DNA of 64,000 nt from Felis catus (Eukaryota), in assembly GCF_018350175.1 (NCBI RefSeq), contig NC_058373.1:117368001-117432000 (forward strand), in the 5' to 3' direction. Each line of letters begins with the position of its first letter. Within the stretch, counting starts at the first letter, position 1. This document shows, piece by piece, positions 61,560 through 64,000 of the stretch. The translations under genes and the position numbers were made by a program. The notes under the pieces were generated by a model, which made no database searches, was not told the origin of the DNA, and was given only the letters and a program-made list of their open reading frames with translations.

Positions 61560-61995
61560 TGTGGCACACCCAACAGATTGGCCCATTTAACCCTCATCAC
61601 AACCCCTTCTATCTTGTCTATTTCCACCGCCGAGGCCAGAAACCTCAAATTCTCAGCCTTCCTGTGGGTTAGCTTAGGGTAGCCGGTAGACATGATTCCG
61701 TCCAATGATGTGTAAGCAGAATTCTCTGGGGAGGGCATTCCTCCTCCAAAAAAGGTAAAATCCCTTTCAGCCACTCCTGACCTTGAGAAGGGAAGCTGCA
61801 CAATTAAGGTTAGTATAGCAAGAAGCCCAGTTCCTCGATGATATTGACCAGTTGCACTAGCCCTAGTCTGCCTGATGCCACATTCCTTGTTGACCAAGAA
61901 AAATCATAATCTCTTACTGTATTCAAGAGGCCGTTGATTGGTGTTCTGTTTCCCTGCCCACCTCCCCATCCCTCATAGCCGTATACATAGCCAAA
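61560..61995 (+). mobile_element. Old MLT1 LTR
   Basis: tgtggca start; ccaatgatgtgtaagcagaa...ctggggagggcattc. Confidence 0.5.
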
Positions 61996-62089
61996 TCAGT
62001 AAACCTGCTTCTGCTTCCTCAAAGTGGCCATCTGGTAGCTCCTAGTATAGAAGTTGTTCCCTAGGTATAGGTAATTGAGAAATGTGATG

Positions 62090-62091
<2 letters not shown>

Positions 62092-62134
<43 letters not shown>
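62092..62134. repeat. (CA)n microsatellite
   Basis: Directly visible. Confidence 0.95.
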
Positions 62135-62136
<2 letters not shown>

Positions 62137-62219
62137 GTTGCTCTAAGAATTAGAATGTGCTTCCATTAAAATGATAGTATTAATTAGATAACTGATGTCT
62201 TATACTGATTAGAGTAAAA

Positions 62220-62400
62220 GATTTAATAGCACTTATTGATTATGTGATCTTGAGCTAGTTAGTTAAGCTTGCTAAGTCTCAGATGCCTCATGGATGATTG
62301 GGGATAATAATAGTCCTACCTCATAGGGATTTGGGGAGTACTTGGCACTGAATTGGGCACATGATAAGCACTCAGTAGGTGGTATTATTGTGACGATTAC
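62220..62400 (+). mobile_element. MIR
   Basis: ggggataataatagtcctacctcataggg is the MIR core. Confidence 0.85.
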
Positions 62401-62899
62401 TACTACTAACAGAATTATTCAAGACTTGCAGATTAGGGGAACATTTATAAAATATATAGCCTAAGTAAAAATGTTCTAATTCTCTCTCTCTGGATTAATC
62501 TGTTATGGTTCCTTTCTAACTTAATCTAACATTAGTATCCTTCCATAATTAAGTCAGTTATTACTTAAAGGTCAATGATTTCTCACCCTAGAGAGGCTTC
62601 TTTGGGGCCTTTTGAATGGGGACAACGTGTGTATTTTCCCTACTCTCTATTTCCATTGTCAAAGGCCATAGCTACTCTACCTAATTATCCTTGCCAACTG
62701 CCTCCTGACATTCCTAGGGCCTCAAGGTTCAGTACTTGATTTGGTTTCTTTTGACTCCAGTGCCCTGTGTTGTGTTGATTTATAAAACAGCTATTCTAAC
62801 TGCTAAGCTGAAAAGAAGGCCTGTGTGAGTCTGCTGTAAATTTTGGAGGAGTAAAAACAGCACGGTGCACTTTAAATTTTAAGATGTCATCAGAAAAAA

Positions 62900-64000
62900 A
62901 GCCCTTCCCATTTTCCTATTGAAAATCATAAAACAGAAAAACAAGAGCAAAAAGTATAAATTCCGTTTTCAAAACAGCTGGGAGATTCTGTATCCATGAA
63001 ACACAGTATATGACAGAGGGCTGGCCAAATGCCAAGGAACAAATGCAGGCTGTAGCTTTTGACAAACCGAGCAGAAAACACGTCTCCAAAATTGGCACTC
63101 CAGAGTAGACCTACCCTGAACAATCAAACCAGCAACCCTTTGACAAATGGCAAGAGTATTGCAAACCTGAAAGCACAAGCGTGCTTGACTCTACCTGGCA
63201 CCATGTGGTAGCAGGTGAATCTGAAAAGGGAAATGCACAGTTATGCTGTGTATATAGGACAGTCTGTTGGTAAGGCATTGCTGCACCCTGTTGGCTGAAA
63301 AGAAGCAATGGCTAAAATAGCTCATAAACACACAAGCATTTGTAATAAGATTTCGTAGTGAATCAAGGCAAAGTTTCACCAAGTCACAACAACGTCCTCC
63401 CTCCCAACCCACATAAATTTTTTCCAACTATCTGGATTAAAAAGAATTCTCTCGTGAAGAGTGACAATAAAAAACAAAGCAGCACAGGATACTAGAGCAT
63501 CCTACAGGCTGATACAAAGATAGCACAATCGAAAAGGAGAAAAAGAAACGGAAAACAAGTGATAGATACGAACGTGCTCTATGAAATGAAAAAGTAAGAT
63601 GACCATGAACTCGAAAATTTAAAGAAACCCCCAAAGAGCTCAAAACAGAGATGGAAAGTGGCCAGGGATGATACAGTGAAATGAGAGGGAAAGAAACAGA
63701 TGATATAGCTCACCAAAGAAGTGAGGGAGGAAAATCATCACAGAAATGAAGATGATTTTAAAGCAGCACAAAATAAAATAGACACTGCTGAAAATAGAAT
63801 AGGGGATCTGAAGGGTGGAATTTTCAAAACAAAACAAATAAAATGGAAATAACAGCTTAAAGGGGGATTAGAGATAAAGTGGTAAATTTGGGTGACAAAG
63901 AAGACCCCACAGATAGCAAAATGTCTCTGAAGAAGAGAACGAAACAAATAGAACACAAACAACCAAAGATATAATTCCACACAACTTTAAAAAAATAAAA
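62900..64000 (+). mobile_element. Ancient L1/HAL1-type 5' region and ORF1 remnant (runs off the window end)
   Basis: A-rich; atagacactgctgaaaatagaataggggatctgaag translates IDTAENRIGDLK, typical of the ORF1p coiled coil; ctgaagaagagaac...aaagatataattc. Confidence 0.65.

Noticed and set aside
391..61995. Excess of minus-strand L1s/LTRs implying an intron of a + strand gene
   Set aside because: The bias is modest (about 12 versus 8 LTRs) and no exon was found to support it.
1..64000. Protein-coding gene or novel multi-gene system from the ORF track
   Set aside because: All ORFs are 175 aa or shorter, many start at non-ATG codons, and the recognisable ones are SINE, microsatellite or L1 translations; no host protein domain or consistent exon chain was seen.

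Overview
Mammalian nuclear DNA from a carnivore, most likely a cat or other felid: it carries about 30 tRNA-derived Can-SINEs, several of the young SINEC_Fc type, plus carnivore L1 3' ends. I recognise no protein-coding exon, RNA gene or processed pseudogene. The recognisable ORFs in the supplied track are repeat-derived (SINE, microsatellite, L1 ORF2 C-terminus) and the rest look like chance ORFs. The window is an intergenic or deep-intronic mosaic of SINEs, young and old L1s, L2/MIR, MaLR/ERVL/ERV1 solo LTRs and hAT/Tigger DNA-transposon fossils. Subfamily names come from recalled consensus sequences and need Dfam/RepeatMasker confirmation; boundaries of old elements are approximate. I found no evidence of a new biological system. 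The most notable items are retrotransposition and rearrangement footprints: a 29-bp tailless SINE head with a perfect 15-bp TSD (41616-41644), a twin-primed 5'-inverted L1 (564-968), an old ~370-bp direct duplication of partly non-repeat DNA (38.8 kb and 42.0 kb), a perfect 28-bp AT-rich inverted repeat (1068-1139), a closely spaced inverted pair of young SINEs in which one lacks a TSD (21.3-21.85 kb), a 45-bp duplication abutting a SINE junction (14502-14591), and a weak non-repeat CpG island near 55.4-56.0 kb.
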